Shown here: piece after piece, positions 27,440-37,899 of the stretch
Layout: every line of letters begins with the position of its first letter
Position numbering within the stretch: position 1 is the stretch's first letter
Virus record (IMG/VR): IMGVR_UViG_3300042465_009257
Span: 1-64,000 of that record
Direction: 5' to 3' (one strand)
DNA: 64,000 nt
DNA from: a virus
The notes under the pieces: model-generated
Told to the model about the DNA's origin: nothing
Databases searched by the model: none
The model's input: only the letters and a program-made list of their open reading frames with translations
Position numbers and translations under genes: made by a program

Positions 27440-28399
27440 CTAGACAGACAAGGCCAAAAGTTTTTCTCCACGCGCCGCAAGCCTGTTCAAAGAAGTATCA
27501 TCCAAAGAACCCCAGAAGTCAAGCTTTTTCTTCGCCCCACTCCCGAATTCTGAACTAGACCAGGATTTCGATACTGTTTTATTTGATTTCCCAGAATAAT
27601 ATTCTGTAACTCCATTAAGCAAATCTGCAACAGTTTGCCCATCATTCCCTGCCCCATTTGCATAAAGCTGATGAATCTCTTGGACTTTATTCTTAGTCCG
27701 GGTGGAAAGATCATCTACCGCTTCGAACCCAATCAGAATTTTCTCCGCCATTTCTGAAGACATTGGGCGACTCATAAGAGCTTCATAAGAAGTGTAAAAC
27801 TCCTCACGCTTTTGAAACAGTTTATCGATTTCCTGTTTCATATTCTCAATTTTCAAATTCGCATTTTTTGTATGGCGAACTCGCAGATTAAGAAGCCCCT
27901 TGTCCCGGCGAGACCATTGCAAAGTATTTGCGCAGCAAACTCTTACACTGGAATCGTAAGCTTCCAGATTGAGTGATCCATCATGCGAAGAAACAAAAGA
28001 AAGGTAATTCTTGAAAGCCTCCCCGTTGATCAGATAATCCTGTTTTTCTTCAAGGGCTACAGAAATAAACACTTTAGAAAGGTTTCCAATACTTCCTGCT
28101 GTGATGATTTTATGAGGAATCCCAATCAAGGACTCTTCGATAATCTCGAAAAGTTGGGAATTCTGAATGATCTGATAACTTTCTTTCGCAACGTTGATCG
28201 TTTCATCTTTTTCGGGGCAATGGACCGCAAAATAACCATCGATCTTATTGCCGGAAGATTCAAGAAGAATTTTCTGCCGTTCAACAGTCCAATTCAGACC
28301 GCTTGTATCGTAATCAATTTTTTCCTGAACCTTATCCAGCTTATGCCAAGAAAGGAAGGTGGAGTGAATTGTGTCTTTAGGTTGAATATTGTGTCCCAT
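27440..28399 (-). CDS. DUF932 family phage/plasmid protein
   Basis: YQIIQN, SHDGS, RVCCANTL, RHT, NGVTEY motifs. Confidence 0.85.
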   Translation of the reverse strand: MGHNIQPKDTIHSTFLSWHKLDKVQEKIDYDTSGLNWTVERQKILLESSGNKIDGYFAVHCPEKDETINVAKESYQIIQNSQLFEIIEESLIGIPHKIITAGSIGNLSKVFISVALEEKQDYLINGEAFKNYLSFVSSHDGSLNLEAYDSSVRVCCANTLQWSRRDKGLLNLRVRHTKNANLKIENMKQEIDKLFQKREEFYTSYEALMSRPMSSEMAEKILIGFEAVDDLSTRTKNKVQEIHQLYANGAGNDGQTVADLLNGVTEYYSGKSNKTVSKSWSSSEFGSGAKKKLDFWGSLDDTSLNRLAARGEKLLALSV

Positions 28400-28510
28400 A
28401 TTGTTGTGTTTTTTGTTTCGCCCGATTGGGCTTGAGGCACTCTACCACACGAAAATCAAAAGTCAATCTGTTTTTTGGAGTTTTTTTCAAATAGTTTTAA
28501 ACCCCAAGGA

Positions 28511-28723
28511 TTATTTCTTCTTTTCCACGAATTTCTTCCCATTCCGCGTCAGCAGAGTATTAAACCAGACTCGCTGCTGTCCAGTCAATGCCTTTTGGGC
28601 TAAAATGAAATCAATCGCTACTTTGTCGCTGGGATTTTCGCAGACCAACTCGGCCATTGATTCCCGCAATTTAATATCAGAGCGGAGGACGGTAAAATCT
28701 TCGGAAGGTTTTGGTTCTGGCAT
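28511..28723 (-). CDS. hypothetical protein
   Basis: 70-aa ORF. Confidence 0.55.
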   Translation of the reverse strand: MPEPKPSEDFTVLRSDIKLRESMAELVCENPSDKVAIDFILAQKALTGQQRVWFNTLLTRNGKKFVEKKK

Positions 28724-28744
28724 TTTGTTTGAATTAGTTTTTAA

Positions 28745-29140
28745 TTATTTAGAAAATTCTGGAGGGCGAGGTTGTTTACCCCAAGAGCGATACATTTCCC
28801 AAGCCCAATCACTATACTTTTTCTCCTCTTTCTGTGAGCGTCCTAAGTGCAGTTTAAGCCTTTCAATCTCTCTGTCCTTTAGTTCGTCAATAGCTTGAGA
28901 AGTGATTCGTTCCCGCGCCTTTCCAATAATGGAGTTCTTTTCGGGGTTTGAATCATAGTCGCTTCCATTATATAGATTTTCCGTCCAGCCGGTTAAAACC
29001 TGATCCATTACGTGTTTAATAATTGAATCAAAACAAGATAAAGTTTCGATAAAACTAATTTGGCTTTCTGCGTCTAGGCATTCAATAAATTCAATTAAAT
29101 CGAATTCAATTTTACCCTTTGGGTTGATTTTAGTTGTCAT
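28745..29140 (-). CDS. hypothetical protein
   Basis: 131-aa ORF with promoter upstream. Confidence 0.65.
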   Translation of the reverse strand: MTTKINPKGKIEFDLIEFIECLDAESQISFIETLSCFDSIIKHVMDQVLTGWTENLYNGSDYDSNPEKNSIIGKARERITSQAIDELKDREIERLKLHLGRSQKEEKKYSDWAWEMYRSWGKQPRPPEFSK

Positions 29141-29170
29141 GAAAATAATTTAATACTGATTTTTAAAAAG

Positions 29171-29860
29171 TCAAGAAGATTTAAGATTTAAAGCGTGGAA
29201 TTCAAAAATATCAAGAATTGTTGATTTACAGTCGCCTTGAAAAATAGTTTCATGACGATGGAAATGAGCCATGAAGTACTGTTTAGGTTTTGCCAGATTA
29301 AATATTTCTCCTAATTGCCGACGTTCTTCTTTTAGTTCTTCCCATAAAGTAAGATCAAATCCACAAAAATGTTGAACGATACCTTCTCTACGATTAGGTC
29401 CGATCCAAGCTGGGGCAGAATGAGTAAGTAAAACATCCACGGGACGCACCAATTCCGGACGAAAATCCAAAACCTCATCCGGCCACCAACTCACCCCCTC
29501 CACGCGGTCAATCCGATCAATGGAAATCGCGCCGCCGATACAAAGGACACTTTTCCCCGCGAATTCCAGATAAGTGTAACTCGGGATTAATTCGATATTG
29601 GATTTAATAAAATTCCGTTCTTTGAAGAACTGGGGGGAGTCGTGGTTGCCTGCGTAGGCGATGATATTGATATTATTCTTAATACAAACATCATTCACTT
29701 CATCCAGTAATTTAGAGTCCAACTCCCAACTCCGGAAACCAATCCCGAAATCGCCCAATTGGATAATTGTCGCGTCGTAGATGTTGGTTAAGATTGATGC
29801 TAATCGCTGGAACTCACCATGCCAGTCCCCCGCTAATAAGATTTGTTTTTCTTTTTTCAT
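29171..29860 (-). CDS. calcineurin-like metallophosphoesterase
   Basis: GDWHG, LGDFG, GNHD, LTH, AHFH. Confidence 0.85.
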   Translation of the reverse strand: MKKEKQILLAGDWHGEFQRLASILTNIYDATIIQLGDFGIGFRSWELDSKLLDEVNDVCIKNNINIIAYAGNHDSPQFFKERNFIKSNIELIPSYTYLEFAGKSVLCIGGAISIDRIDRVEGVSWWPDEVLDFRPELVRPVDVLLTHSAPAWIGPNRREGIVQHFCGFDLTLWEELKEERRQLGEIFNLAKPKQYFMAHFHRHETIFQGDCKSTILDIFEFHALNLKSS

Positions 29861-29932
29861 TAAATTAAAATTTCTCTTTTGAATATTTTGTTTGTAAAGA
29901 AACTTGGATCATAGTGTATACCACAATATTTA

Positions 29933-30970
29933 ATGAAAAAAATAACTACGGAACAATTAACGACGGAACAAGAAACTGTTATAAGAGAATACTATTCCAC
30001 CAAAGGTCTGGCATTTTGTGCTCGGTTATTAGGACTGTCTAAGAGTTTTATCTCAAAACATGCTAATTTCCTTGGAATCAAAACGAAAGCTGAACAAACT
30101 TATGCATTCTTGGATCAATTTTTAGATATAAAAGATCCTTATGTCGCCTATTTCTTAGGATTCATGTGGGCGGATGGGAATATAGATTACAACTCTATTC
30201 GATTGGAAATTTCTGATACTGACGCTCAAGAGTTAAAACCCTTATTCGGTAAAATCGGCGTGTGGAAAACATCGTCTCGGCAGCGTTATAAGAAAGGTAA
30301 AAAATTTGGCTCACTTATGACTTGTTTTCGGTTATCCGACAAAAAACTAGCTTCACTTTTAAGAGATTGCGACTATAAAATAAAATCTACGGTTTCTCCT
30401 AATAAGATCTTGAATAAGATTCCTAGTGATTTACATAAATATTTTTGGCGTGGTTATTTGGACGGTGATGGAAACATTAATGTTTCTGTCGAAAGAAAGG
30501 AGTATTTCGAACGACTTGGGGTTAAAGTCAAGGCTAGAATTTTTAATATAGCTTTTTGGTCAACTTTAAATCAAGATTGGACTTCACTTATCGAATTTCT
30601 CGAACTTCAAAAGGTAGAACATCATATTACTTTTTATCAACGACTCTCTAAGAATGGGAAAATTCACAAGTCTTCAGCGCTAGCTATCAATGGAAACGCT
30701 TCTCAAAAACTTTCTTTTTTGCAATTATTATATTCCGATGGGCCTATGGGTATAAGTAAAAAATACAATAAGGTTGAAATTGCCGAAGAATATGTTCGGA
30801 CATCTCTCAAAGTGGAGACATCTTTATTTTATAAGGAGAGGAGGTTGAAAATTCGCGACATGCTCCTTGACAATATGTCTTACGGGGAAATCGGAGAGGT
30901 GCTAGGGCTTAACGCTTACCGCATTAAAGAAATTGCAGGAACAAAATGTCTGACTAGCTTATTGACTTAG
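29933..30970 (+). CDS. LAGLIDADG homing endonuclease
   Basis: AYFLGFMWADG and FWRGYLDGDG; TTTCT-N17-TGTAAA upstream (29871-29898). Confidence 0.85.
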   Translation: MKKITTEQLTTEQETVIREYYSTKGLAFCARLLGLSKSFISKHANFLGIKTKAEQTYAFLDQFLDIKDPYVAYFLGFMWADGNIDYNSIRLEISDTDAQELKPLFGKIGVWKTSSRQRYKKGKKFGSLMTCFRLSDKKLASLLRDCDYKIKSTVSPNKILNKIPSDLHKYFWRGYLDGDGNINVSVERKEYFERLGVKVKARIFNIAFWSTLNQDWTSLIEFLELQKVEHHITFYQRLSKNGKIHKSSALAINGNASQKLSFLQLLYSDGPMGISKKYNKVEIAEEYVRTSLKVETSLFYKERRLKIRDMLLDNMSYGEIGEVLGLNAYRIKEIAGTKCLTSLLT

Positions 30971-31146
30971 TATACATCGGATTTTCCCCAAGTCAACTAA
31001 AATCTTCAGGCGGAGAATTATCTAGATCAGCCCGTAAACGCACAGAAACGTCCCTCTGCCGCGTCCAAAGCGATTTTTCCTACCCCGATAAGCTGAATCA
31101 AAAGACTCGGATGAGGCATTATAAATTGCAAAATTAATTGATTCAT

Positions 31147-31335
31147 TTATTTGATGCCATAAAATACATTTAAACAATGCCGCCAAGCTGCGTCCTCAGT
31201 TTTCCCAGATCCAACAGTGTGCGTTCCAGATTTTCCAACCAGAAAAATTTTAAATTCGCCACTAATCTCTTTGGCTACTAAGTTTTTATTTTTTTCTAAA
31301 GCTTGCTCTTTCGGCGGCAATTTAAATGATTTCAT
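31147..31335 (-). CDS. hypothetical protein
   Basis: 62-aa ORF. Confidence 0.55.
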   Translation of the reverse strand: MKSFKLPPKEQALEKNKNLVAKEISGEFKIFLVGKSGTHTVGSGKTEDAAWRHCLNVFYGIK

Positions 31336-31801
31336 ATAGTTTTTTTAAAGATTCTACATCGACTCCCGCCAAAATAGCATAGCAGTCTGTTTCTGAGGTG
31401 AATGAATGAGGTTCAGCTTGATTTAGCCACAAGGGCCAAACTGTTTTATCAAAAGATTTATTTGCACAATTAAATCGATCTTCTCTTATTTTTTTATTTC
31501 TAAAATGATTTAATACGCCGCGCCCTTTAAGTGGAATAATAAGCGTTTCTACGCCATCTTCATAAATTTCGTCTGTATGCATTCCAACGCTTCGAAAACC
31601 ATAAATCTCAGCTTCCTTTACATTAGCGCTGATGCCTCTTTCGGCGAAAAAAGAAATAACAAAACTTTTTACAGAATATGTTCCCGTGGTGGAGATTAGA
31701 CCGCCATTATTCTCCAACCACTTTTTATCTAGTTTTCCTTTGTAGTACTGTTGAAAACTTTTGAGAAATTTAATTTCAGATGTATTTAGATTAATTTTCA
31801 T
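31322..31801 (-). CDS. cupin/2OG-Fe(II)-like protein
   Basis: HTD motif and distal PH in a beta-rich context. Confidence 0.5.
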   Translation of the reverse strand: MKINLNTSEIKFLKSFQQYYKGKLDKKWLENNGGLISTTGTYSVKSFVISFFAERGISANVKEAEIYGFRSVGMHTDEIYEDGVETLIIPLKGRGVLNHFRNKKIREDRFNCANKSFDKTVWPLWLNQAEPHSFTSETDCYAILAGVDVESLKKLYEII

Positions 31802-32124
31802 GCAGCGATTAGGTTTCTTAGTTTAAGCCATCCTTCCTCATTTGTCAAGGAAATTCCTTCTAAATCTTCAGACTCCAAATCAAAACGAATATAATCAAAA
31901 GAAAAATCATTTAACCTAATATCAACTCTATATTCTAAATTTTCAAATCCAATATCGTTCTCGAAACCCGGCCAAAAATTCGGCGGTATAACTTCTGACA
32001 AGTACTCTTCCCAACCGATTGCGAAGCGATTTAAAGCTTCGTGATCTGGGGCGAAACAAGCGCCGTCAAACCAACCGTCTTCAACCGCAAATATCGGGGC
32101 AAGTTTCTCTCTAATTGTTGCCAT
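31798..32124 (-). CDS. hypothetical protein
   Basis: 108-aa ORF. Confidence 0.6.
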   Translation of the reverse strand: MATIREKLAPIFAVEDGWFDGACFAPDHEALNRFAIGWEEYLSEVIPPNFWPGFENDIGFENLEYRVDIRLNDFSFDYIRFDLESEDLEGISLTNEEGWLKLRNLIAA

Positions 32125-32125
32125 T

Positions 32126-32335
32126 TCAACCTTTTTTTAGAACTAAAACGACTCGGACCATATTAATTTCCGGCCCAGCTTCAATTTTTCGCACTTCTTC
32201 AATCGCCGCTTCGGGGAATCCAAAGCCGTTGTCAAAGCCGAAATTAGTACCGTCAGTGCGTAAAATGCCAGTTATGGTCTGATCGTTTGGAAGCATGACC
32301 GTGCAAAGTTGGTTGATAAAATCTGATACTGACAT
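32126..32335 (-). CDS. hypothetical protein
   Basis: 69-aa ORF. Confidence 0.55.
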   Translation of the reverse strand: MSVSDFINQLCTVMLPNDQTITGILRTDGTNFGFDNGFGFPEAAIEEVRKIEAGPEINMVRVVLVLKKG

Positions 32336-32338
32336 TTT

Positions 32339-33229
32339 TTAATCTGCTTCTGGGTAATGATAAAATCCATCTACGATATTTCCATCAATAGTCAAATACA
32401 TTCTGCGATTTCCGCAAAAACAACGATGCTCACCAACTGACCAACTATTACAATAATCGCAGCACTCAATATCAATCACCTCACCATCCATAGCCTTACG
32501 ATAATCCTCTATCTCCTTTTCCGTCACCATGGCAATTAGCTCAGCATTAGTTTCTGCCTTGATATCCCATTTTGTCGCTAGTTCCATTGCTTTTGCCACT
32601 AGTCGGATTTGCTTATCAGCTTTTGCCGTTTCGGCTTTGGTAATTTTTATTTTTTCTAGGTATTTAGCTTGGGCGGATTCAATATCCCGTTTAAAGTCTG
32701 CGAGTTTTACTTTCATCGCCCCGTAACCATCATTCAACTGACAATTCCGTTTAATATCTTCCAAAAATCCAGCGTCATGATCAGTTCTTTTCTTTTCACG
32801 GGACCTGGAGGTCGGATAATCGTAAGTAGGGTAACTTGCCGGGATTCCCACGCCTTCCATAAAATTCCTAATATTTTGCTGGACGGCAGTATTATGTTCA
32901 ATCACTGGAAGATTTTCCAAGTGCCATGCTTCAACTTCCTTCAAGGCGCTATCATGCCATTCCATTGCCGCCTTATAACACTTTTCAATATGTTCAACTT
33001 TTGATTCGTCAAAGGAAGAATAACTACCCCCACCGAAATAATCTTTAAAAAACTTTGACATTAAGATTCGTGGATTAGGATATCCACCGAAACCGATCAT
33101 ATTAAGAGGTTTAATCGCCAATGTTTCAAAACGCATTTTTTGAACTTTAGCTAAGGCTTTATCGATTTCCTCTTTTGCTGCTTCAAGAATGTATTCGGCA
33201 GTGCCGTATTTATAATCTTTTTTCGTCAT
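32339..33229 (-). CDS. hypothetical phage protein with C-terminal Cys cluster
   Basis: CCDYC..W....RCFCGNRR. Confidence 0.7.
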   Translation of the reverse strand: MTKKDYKYGTAEYILEAAKEEIDKALAKVQKMRFETLAIKPLNMIGFGGYPNPRILMSKFFKDYFGGGSYSSFDESKVEHIEKCYKAAMEWHDSALKEVEAWHLENLPVIEHNTAVQQNIRNFMEGVGIPASYPTYDYPTSRSREKKRTDHDAGFLEDIKRNCQLNDGYGAMKVKLADFKRDIESAQAKYLEKIKITKAETAKADKQIRLVAKAMELATKWDIKAETNAELIAMVTEKEIEDYRKAMDGEVIDIECCDYCNSWSVGEHRCFCGNRRMYLTIDGNIVDGFYHYPEAD

Positions 33230-33230
33230 A

Positions 33231-33926
33231 TTAAATTCCACAATTAGAGTCATGATGATCTGGAGAGTCCATATCCCTGTCTTTCAAATGCTCCTTAACT
33301 TCTGCTAAAGAAACTGGTTTCGCCCAGCCGTCCCATCCTACATCAAGTCTTTTTCCACGGCCTAAATCTTTATTTGTCAACTTACATCCATTATGACTAT
33401 GTCCTGAAAGGTGTAAACTGTTCTTGCCCAGCCTATTGTGACTAATAATAGGATAATGACCAGCGGCAATAAAAGTCCCGTTAATCTGAATATCTGCGTA
33501 TTGAGGTAAAAAGATAATCTTCTTTCCTTCGATCAATTCCATTTGCAAGGGGTAAACTTCCAAACCTGCCGCCGCAACATCAGGATACAGATTCTCCAAA
33601 CGGCGTTTATAGATAACAGACTGACCACTTGTGTGATTTCCCCAGTAGCAATACAGTTCTTTAAAGTTTAAAGAATAAACTAAATCTATGAACTTTTCTC
33701 CATAAGGGTCTTCAAAGACCATATCTCCTAAATGGAAACAGATAGATTGCGCAGAGCAATGTTCGTTCCAAGATTCAACAACTCCCTCTTTATGAGATTC
33801 GATGGAATCATAGCCACGCATTTTCCACAAAGGGTTTTCCCAAGAAGAACAGGACTGGCCGATATGCAAATCAGAAGAAAAGAAGAAATCTTTATCACTT
33901 CCTTTGAATTTGAGTGTTTTAAGCAT
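33231..33926 (-). CDS. metallophosphoesterase
   Basis: SDLHIG, HLGD, GNH, HYP, GHSH, DVG. Confidence 0.85.
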   Translation of the reverse strand: MLKTLKFKGSDKDFFFSSDLHIGQSCSSWENPLWKMRGYDSIESHKEGVVESWNEHCSAQSICFHLGDMVFEDPYGEKFIDLVYSLNFKELYCYWGNHTSGQSVIYKRRLENLYPDVAAAGLEVYPLQMELIEGKKIIFLPQYADIQINGTFIAAGHYPIISHNRLGKNSLHLSGHSHNGCKLTNKDLGRGKRLDVGWDGWAKPVSLAEVKEHLKDRDMDSPDHHDSNCGI

Positions 33927-33932
33927 ATTTAT

Positions 33933-34334
33933 TTAAAATTTAAAACTATGCTCCAAATTTTGCTTCTGGCGGGCGATAATTTCTGGCGGGACATTATGAA
34001 CATCCTTATGGCCCATGTCCTCTAGGGCTATCGAGAACGCCATAAAACCACATTCCTTAGCTCGATTCAAATATTTTTTCCGCTCGGCGGCAGTAGTCGA
34101 AGTATTAGCTACCAAACAATCAGATCCATCTGCCAAAGCTTTCTCAAATTTGTCCCAGCAAAATTTATGAGCTTGGCTCAGTTTGGCGGCATCAAACTTA
34201 TATTCTCCATCGATCATAAAGAAATCGTCAGCACAACAAATTCTTACTTTCGGGTCGAGACCTTGAATGAAAGCCGCCAAACTGGATTTCCCCGTGCCAC
34301 TTTTTCCAGAAATAATGATTACTGTCTTTTGCAT
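33933..34334 (-). CDS. P-loop kinase (AAA_33 / polynucleotide kinase-like)
   Basis: GKSGTGKS, ADDFF, AH..C, NT, HNVP. Confidence 0.8.
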   Translation of the reverse strand: MQKTVIIISGKSGTGKSSLAAFIQGLDPKVRICCADDFFMIDGEYKFDAAKLSQAHKFCWDKFEKALADGSDCLVANTSTTAAERKKYLNRAKECGFMAFSIALEDMGHKDVHNVPPEIIARQKQNLEHSFKF

Positions 34335-34363
34335 GGGGTAAACTACTCTATTTTAAGAGAAAG

Positions 34364-34837
34364 TCAAGAGAAATCTTCCTCTTTCGCAATTTTAGTCGAA
34401 ATAAATGTCTTATCCTGTTCTGGAGTAATTGCAATAATTCGGCAAAACTCTTTAGTAAGACCCTTATACCCGCGTTCTTTTTGGTGTTTTGCTTTTACGG
34501 TCAAAGCGTCAGAGAAAGTTTGAATATTTGCCTTTTTCTTGTTTTTCTTCTGAATATTTTGATCTACTGTCGCTGCCCGAATTGCATCCAAGAGAAGGGC
34601 TGGATCAGAACCTTCTGGCATAGTGAAAACAGCGCCTTGAAGAAGATCTGGATTAACATTCTCTCCTTTAATCACAATGAAATGTTCATTTTTGCGCTTT
34701 GGAACCTTAGATGCTAAACGATCTTCCTCTTTTTCCTTTGCCAGCATATTAATCTTCTCCATGAAGAGTGTTCGCTGTTCTCCTGCAAGGCCAGCTAGAT
34801 TTGCTGCTGAGACGATGTCATCAATATCAATTTTCAA
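34364..34837 (-). CDS. hypothetical protein
   Basis: 157-aa ORF. Confidence 0.6.
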   Translation of the reverse strand: MKIDIDDIVSAANLAGLAGEQRTLFMEKINMLAKEKEEDRLASKVPKRKNEHFIVIKGENVNPDLLQGAVFTMPEGSDPALLLDAIRAATVDQNIQKKNKKKANIQTFSDALTVKAKHQKERGYKGLTKEFCRIIAITPEQDKTFISTKIAKEEDFS

Positions 34838-34913
34838 TTTATTTATTTCTACTTTGTTTTTAAGTCGTCCGAATTTGAACGAAAATTTCTTTATTTATTT
34901 TTGAGATTAAATC

Positions 34914-35165
34914 TCAAAGCACTTGCTTTTTCATTTCCTCTTCAGCACAGGCAATCATAGCCTGGCCTACCTTCAAAGCTTCTTGAGGATCAAGAGTGAT
35001 AATCTGATCCGGACTATCCGAACCAAAAACCGTTGCTGCAACCTCAACACATCCTAAATCATCAATTTGAATTGTCCAATAATATTCTAGCTCTGCCGAA
35101 CCGACAACACGAATATTTAAGACTTCTAGAAATTTAGTGCGGAATTTTACTGTATTATTAATCAT
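34914..35165 (-). CDS. hypothetical protein
   Basis: start trimmed to MINNTV. Confidence 0.55.
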   Translation of the reverse strand: MINNTVKFRTKFLEVLNIRVVGSAELEYYWTIQIDDLGCVEVAATVFGSDSPDQIITLDPQEALKVGQAMIACAEEEMKKQVL

Positions 35166-35184
35166 ATTTTTTAAAAAGTATTCT

Positions 35185-35673
35185 TTAGACAATCCAATCA
35201 GGTTTATTTCTCTTCCATGCATGAATGTGTTTCTTATCCAATAAAATATATTTTCGATATTTATCGGTTGTCGATAATGATTCAAATTCCGGCAGTGTTC
35301 GGCATATCTTGTCATTGGCAATAGCAATTGCAAATGGAGTTAAGCTGTCAAAATCAAATTTTAATAAATTGATATTATTTTTACACCATTCCAATACTGC
35401 TTGTGATTTGTGAATCTTATTATACCTTGCAGTATACTCATCAAAGATGGCATAAGTATGCTGAATTAGCCATTGAAAATTATCACGGCTTGCCCGCGTC
35501 CATTTCGTACTTGGATGGTTTAAATGGCATGATCGATATGGCGATTGAATTCCTTGAATATTATATGCTGTGCAAAGCATCTGAGTAGATTCAAGACCCT
35601 GTTTTACTACATGTCGATCCACTAAACATCTGGCAGATTGATCTGGACACGCTGTTGTTGTAAAGATATTCAT
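35185..35673 (-). CDS. pyrimidine dimer DNA glycosylase-like protein
   Basis: MNIF, DRHVVK..LES.Q.L, HLNHP..W, H.S, YRKY, P.W. Confidence 0.8.
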   Translation of the reverse strand: MNIFTTTACPDQSARCLVDRHVVKQGLESTQMLCTAYNIQGIQSPYRSCHLNHPSTKWTRASRDNFQWLIQHTYAIFDEYTARYNKIHKSQAVLEWCKNNINLLKFDFDSLTPFAIAIANDKICRTLPEFESLSTTDKYRKYILLDKKHIHAWKRNKPDWIV

Positions 35674-35722
35674 AGTATAGTATTAGCACTATACTTGGCA
35701 TTGTCAAGCTTTTTTTTGATTT

Positions 35723-37042
35723 TTAGGCGCATTCTTCCAATTCTGCCGTATCGTCCGATTCAATGTCAACCTCACCTTTATCCAAAAGCTCTGTCTCTTT
35801 AACAAGAAAGCGAAATGCCTTGAGCTTGAACGCCTTAAGCGCCTTCGTCTCATTCCTCAAGCAAATACCTTCAGCAGGAACTCCAGTATTGCATTCCTTG
35901 CAAATTTGCTCCAAATTGAAAGAAGTCTTTAAATTTTTAAGAAACTCCTCATGCCAATGAGCCTCAAGATGGAGATTAGGAAATAAATCCTTGGCCAAAC
36001 CTTGGTAAAAAATAGGAACATGCTGCAACTTATTATCCCGACAAAACTGAATAACCTCCCGCATTGAATATTCTGTCACCTCATTTGTTGGAGACGTATG
36101 AGTTACCCGATAAACTACCACCTTGAATTCTCCTAGCTTACATCCATAAGTCCATTTGCCTTGGATTTTGCTTCCAGACGGCGTATAGCCTACGATTTCT
36201 GCGTAGATTTGAATGCCATCTGTCAGAGCATGTTCAATCGTTTTAAATCCATCGCGCCATACGTCCTCCTTGTAATAATGATCGCTTTGCGGGAGGAGAG
36301 ATTTAATCACCGTGCGGCTGGCATATACGTTTTCGTATTGGGCTAATGGAACATTTAATCCGCAGAAATTCTTAATTTTTTCCCACAAAGATAAATTCCG
36401 CTTCAATAAAACACGGCCACAATTCAGGCTCGTTCCATGAAATTTATCAGAGATTACAATATAATCATCAGGATCAATCAAATGAATATTATCGGCCAGC
36501 TTAGAGGTATCATAATGCAAATGATATTGCCCTTCAATGAGGCGGCTGGGAAGTTTCCTCACTTTTTTACCTGCAACTCCATTGACCTGCTTTTCGCGAA
36601 TAAGATATTTCCGGCATAATTCCTCGCCATCAATGGTATCAAAAGCCTGATTATCAGCTATATTATCCCATTCGGCAATTTTAATTCCGCGCCAAACTTC
36701 GAAATACTCTAAGGGGCAAAACAAGCCCTCGCTTGGGACTTTCATGAATTTAATACATCGAACCCGGCGCTTGTCTCCAAAATATCCCTTTTTAGTCTGA
36801 TCCGCATTCAACATTTGATCAGAATAGAGATTGTTTTTGGCCGCGAAACTACCAGACAGTTGACTTTCCACTGGGAAAAATACACCCCTATCGCCAACTT
36901 TAGACTCTTTTGAAACAATAACAAGATTTCCATTGATAACCGCGTGCTGAATACTATTCGCACCTGGAATTTCATGCAACGTTTTTAAAGTAACGTAATG
37001 AGCCGCGTAATTTTCGCTATTTTCAATAGTGAGTTTATTCAT
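35723..37042 (-). CDS. RNA ligase (DRB0094/Rnl2-like, N-terminal OB-like domain)
   Basis: motif I DKFHGT, YAEIVG, EGICL, KLKAFRFL. Confidence 0.85.
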   Translation of the reverse strand: MNKLTIENSENYAAHYVTLKTLHEIPGANSIQHAVINGNLVIVSKESKVGDRGVFFPVESQLSGSFAAKNNLYSDQMLNADQTKKGYFGDKRRVRCIKFMKVPSEGLFCPLEYFEVWRGIKIAEWDNIADNQAFDTIDGEELCRKYLIREKQVNGVAGKKVRKLPSRLIEGQYHLHYDTSKLADNIHLIDPDDYIVISDKFHGTSLNCGRVLLKRNLSLWEKIKNFCGLNVPLAQYENVYASRTVIKSLLPQSDHYYKEDVWRDGFKTIEHALTDGIQIYAEIVGYTPSGSKIQGKWTYGCKLGEFKVVVYRVTHTSPTNEVTEYSMREVIQFCRDNKLQHVPIFYQGLAKDLFPNLHLEAHWHEEFLKNLKTSFNLEQICKECNTGVPAEGICLRNETKALKAFKLKAFRFLVKETELLDKGEVDIESDDTAELEECA

Positions 37043-37044
37043 TT

Positions 37045-37536
37045 TTAAATTAAAGTTTTAAATTTTCTTGCTCTAAATTCTGAAATCTTTGTTCCACCAC
37101 CTTCTGAAATTTTGTAAACCTCTAAAATATGTCCATCTGCCGTAACTCGCCTAATTTCAATATACTTCTTCACAATTTCCTTCTCTTCACGTTCTATACG
37201 GAAAAACGGTGGACCATTAAATCTTTTAAAATCAGAAAAAGTTTGCCCAACACGCAGTAAGTCATTTGCGCTTACAAGCATTCCTCTTTTCTTTGCCGCA
37301 TTACCAATTCTAGATAAAATACGTCCAGGAATGTCTGTTCGTTGGAGGAATTCTCGTAAAAAGTAATCAGTTGGGAATTGTTCTGTCCAAATACCGCGAT
37401 CTTCAAACCACTTTTTAATATCTTCTTTGTCAATTTGTCCTCGCTGTAAATTTTTGCGAAGATTCTTAAGACTGCGTCGGAAATTAGGATGATTTCTTCT
37501 CATAAGGAAATGTATATCAGATCTTTCGAATGTCAA
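37045..37536 (-). CDS. hypothetical protein
   Basis: 163-aa ORF, start uncertain. Confidence 0.55.
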   Translation of the reverse strand: MTFERSDIHFLMRRNHPNFRRSLKNLRKNLQRGQIDKEDIKKWFEDRGIWTEQFPTDYFLREFLQRTDIPGRILSRIGNAAKKRGMLVSANDLLRVGQTFSDFKRFNGPPFFRIEREEKEIVKKYIEIRRVTADGHILEVYKISEGGGTKISEFRARKFKTLI

Positions 37537-37545
37537 GAGATTATT

Positions 37546-37899
37546 CTAAATTCTCGCAGGGATAAAAACTCTTTCAAATTTCACATTATCCTCTTCGATA
37601 AATTCAAAAGGTTCATTCTTACCGGACAAAGCCCGAAGAATTCTTTCTTTATTAAAAAGTCGTAATTTATCCTCGCAGCAACAGTATTTAATCATTGCCG
37701 TTCCGATAATCTCTTGCCCAAGAGTTACTGGTGATGCGAACATAATACATCTTTCGTAATTGTCAATTTTATATTTTAAAAAATATCTTACAAAAGCTTG
37801 GAATACAATCGATTCATCAGCGGGGCCGATTATCTCTTCGTGACTCCAAAGAGCGCCGTCATATCCCAGTTTAAAGATTGTGTAAATTCTTGATTCCAT
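37546..37899 (-). CDS. hypothetical protein
   Basis: 117-aa ORF. Confidence 0.6.
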   Translation of the reverse strand: MESRIYTIFKLGYDGALWSHEEIIGPADESIVFQAFVRYFLKYKIDNYERCIMFASPVTLGQEIIGTAMIKYCCCEDKLRLFNKERILRALSGKNEPFEFIEEDNVKFERVFIPARI

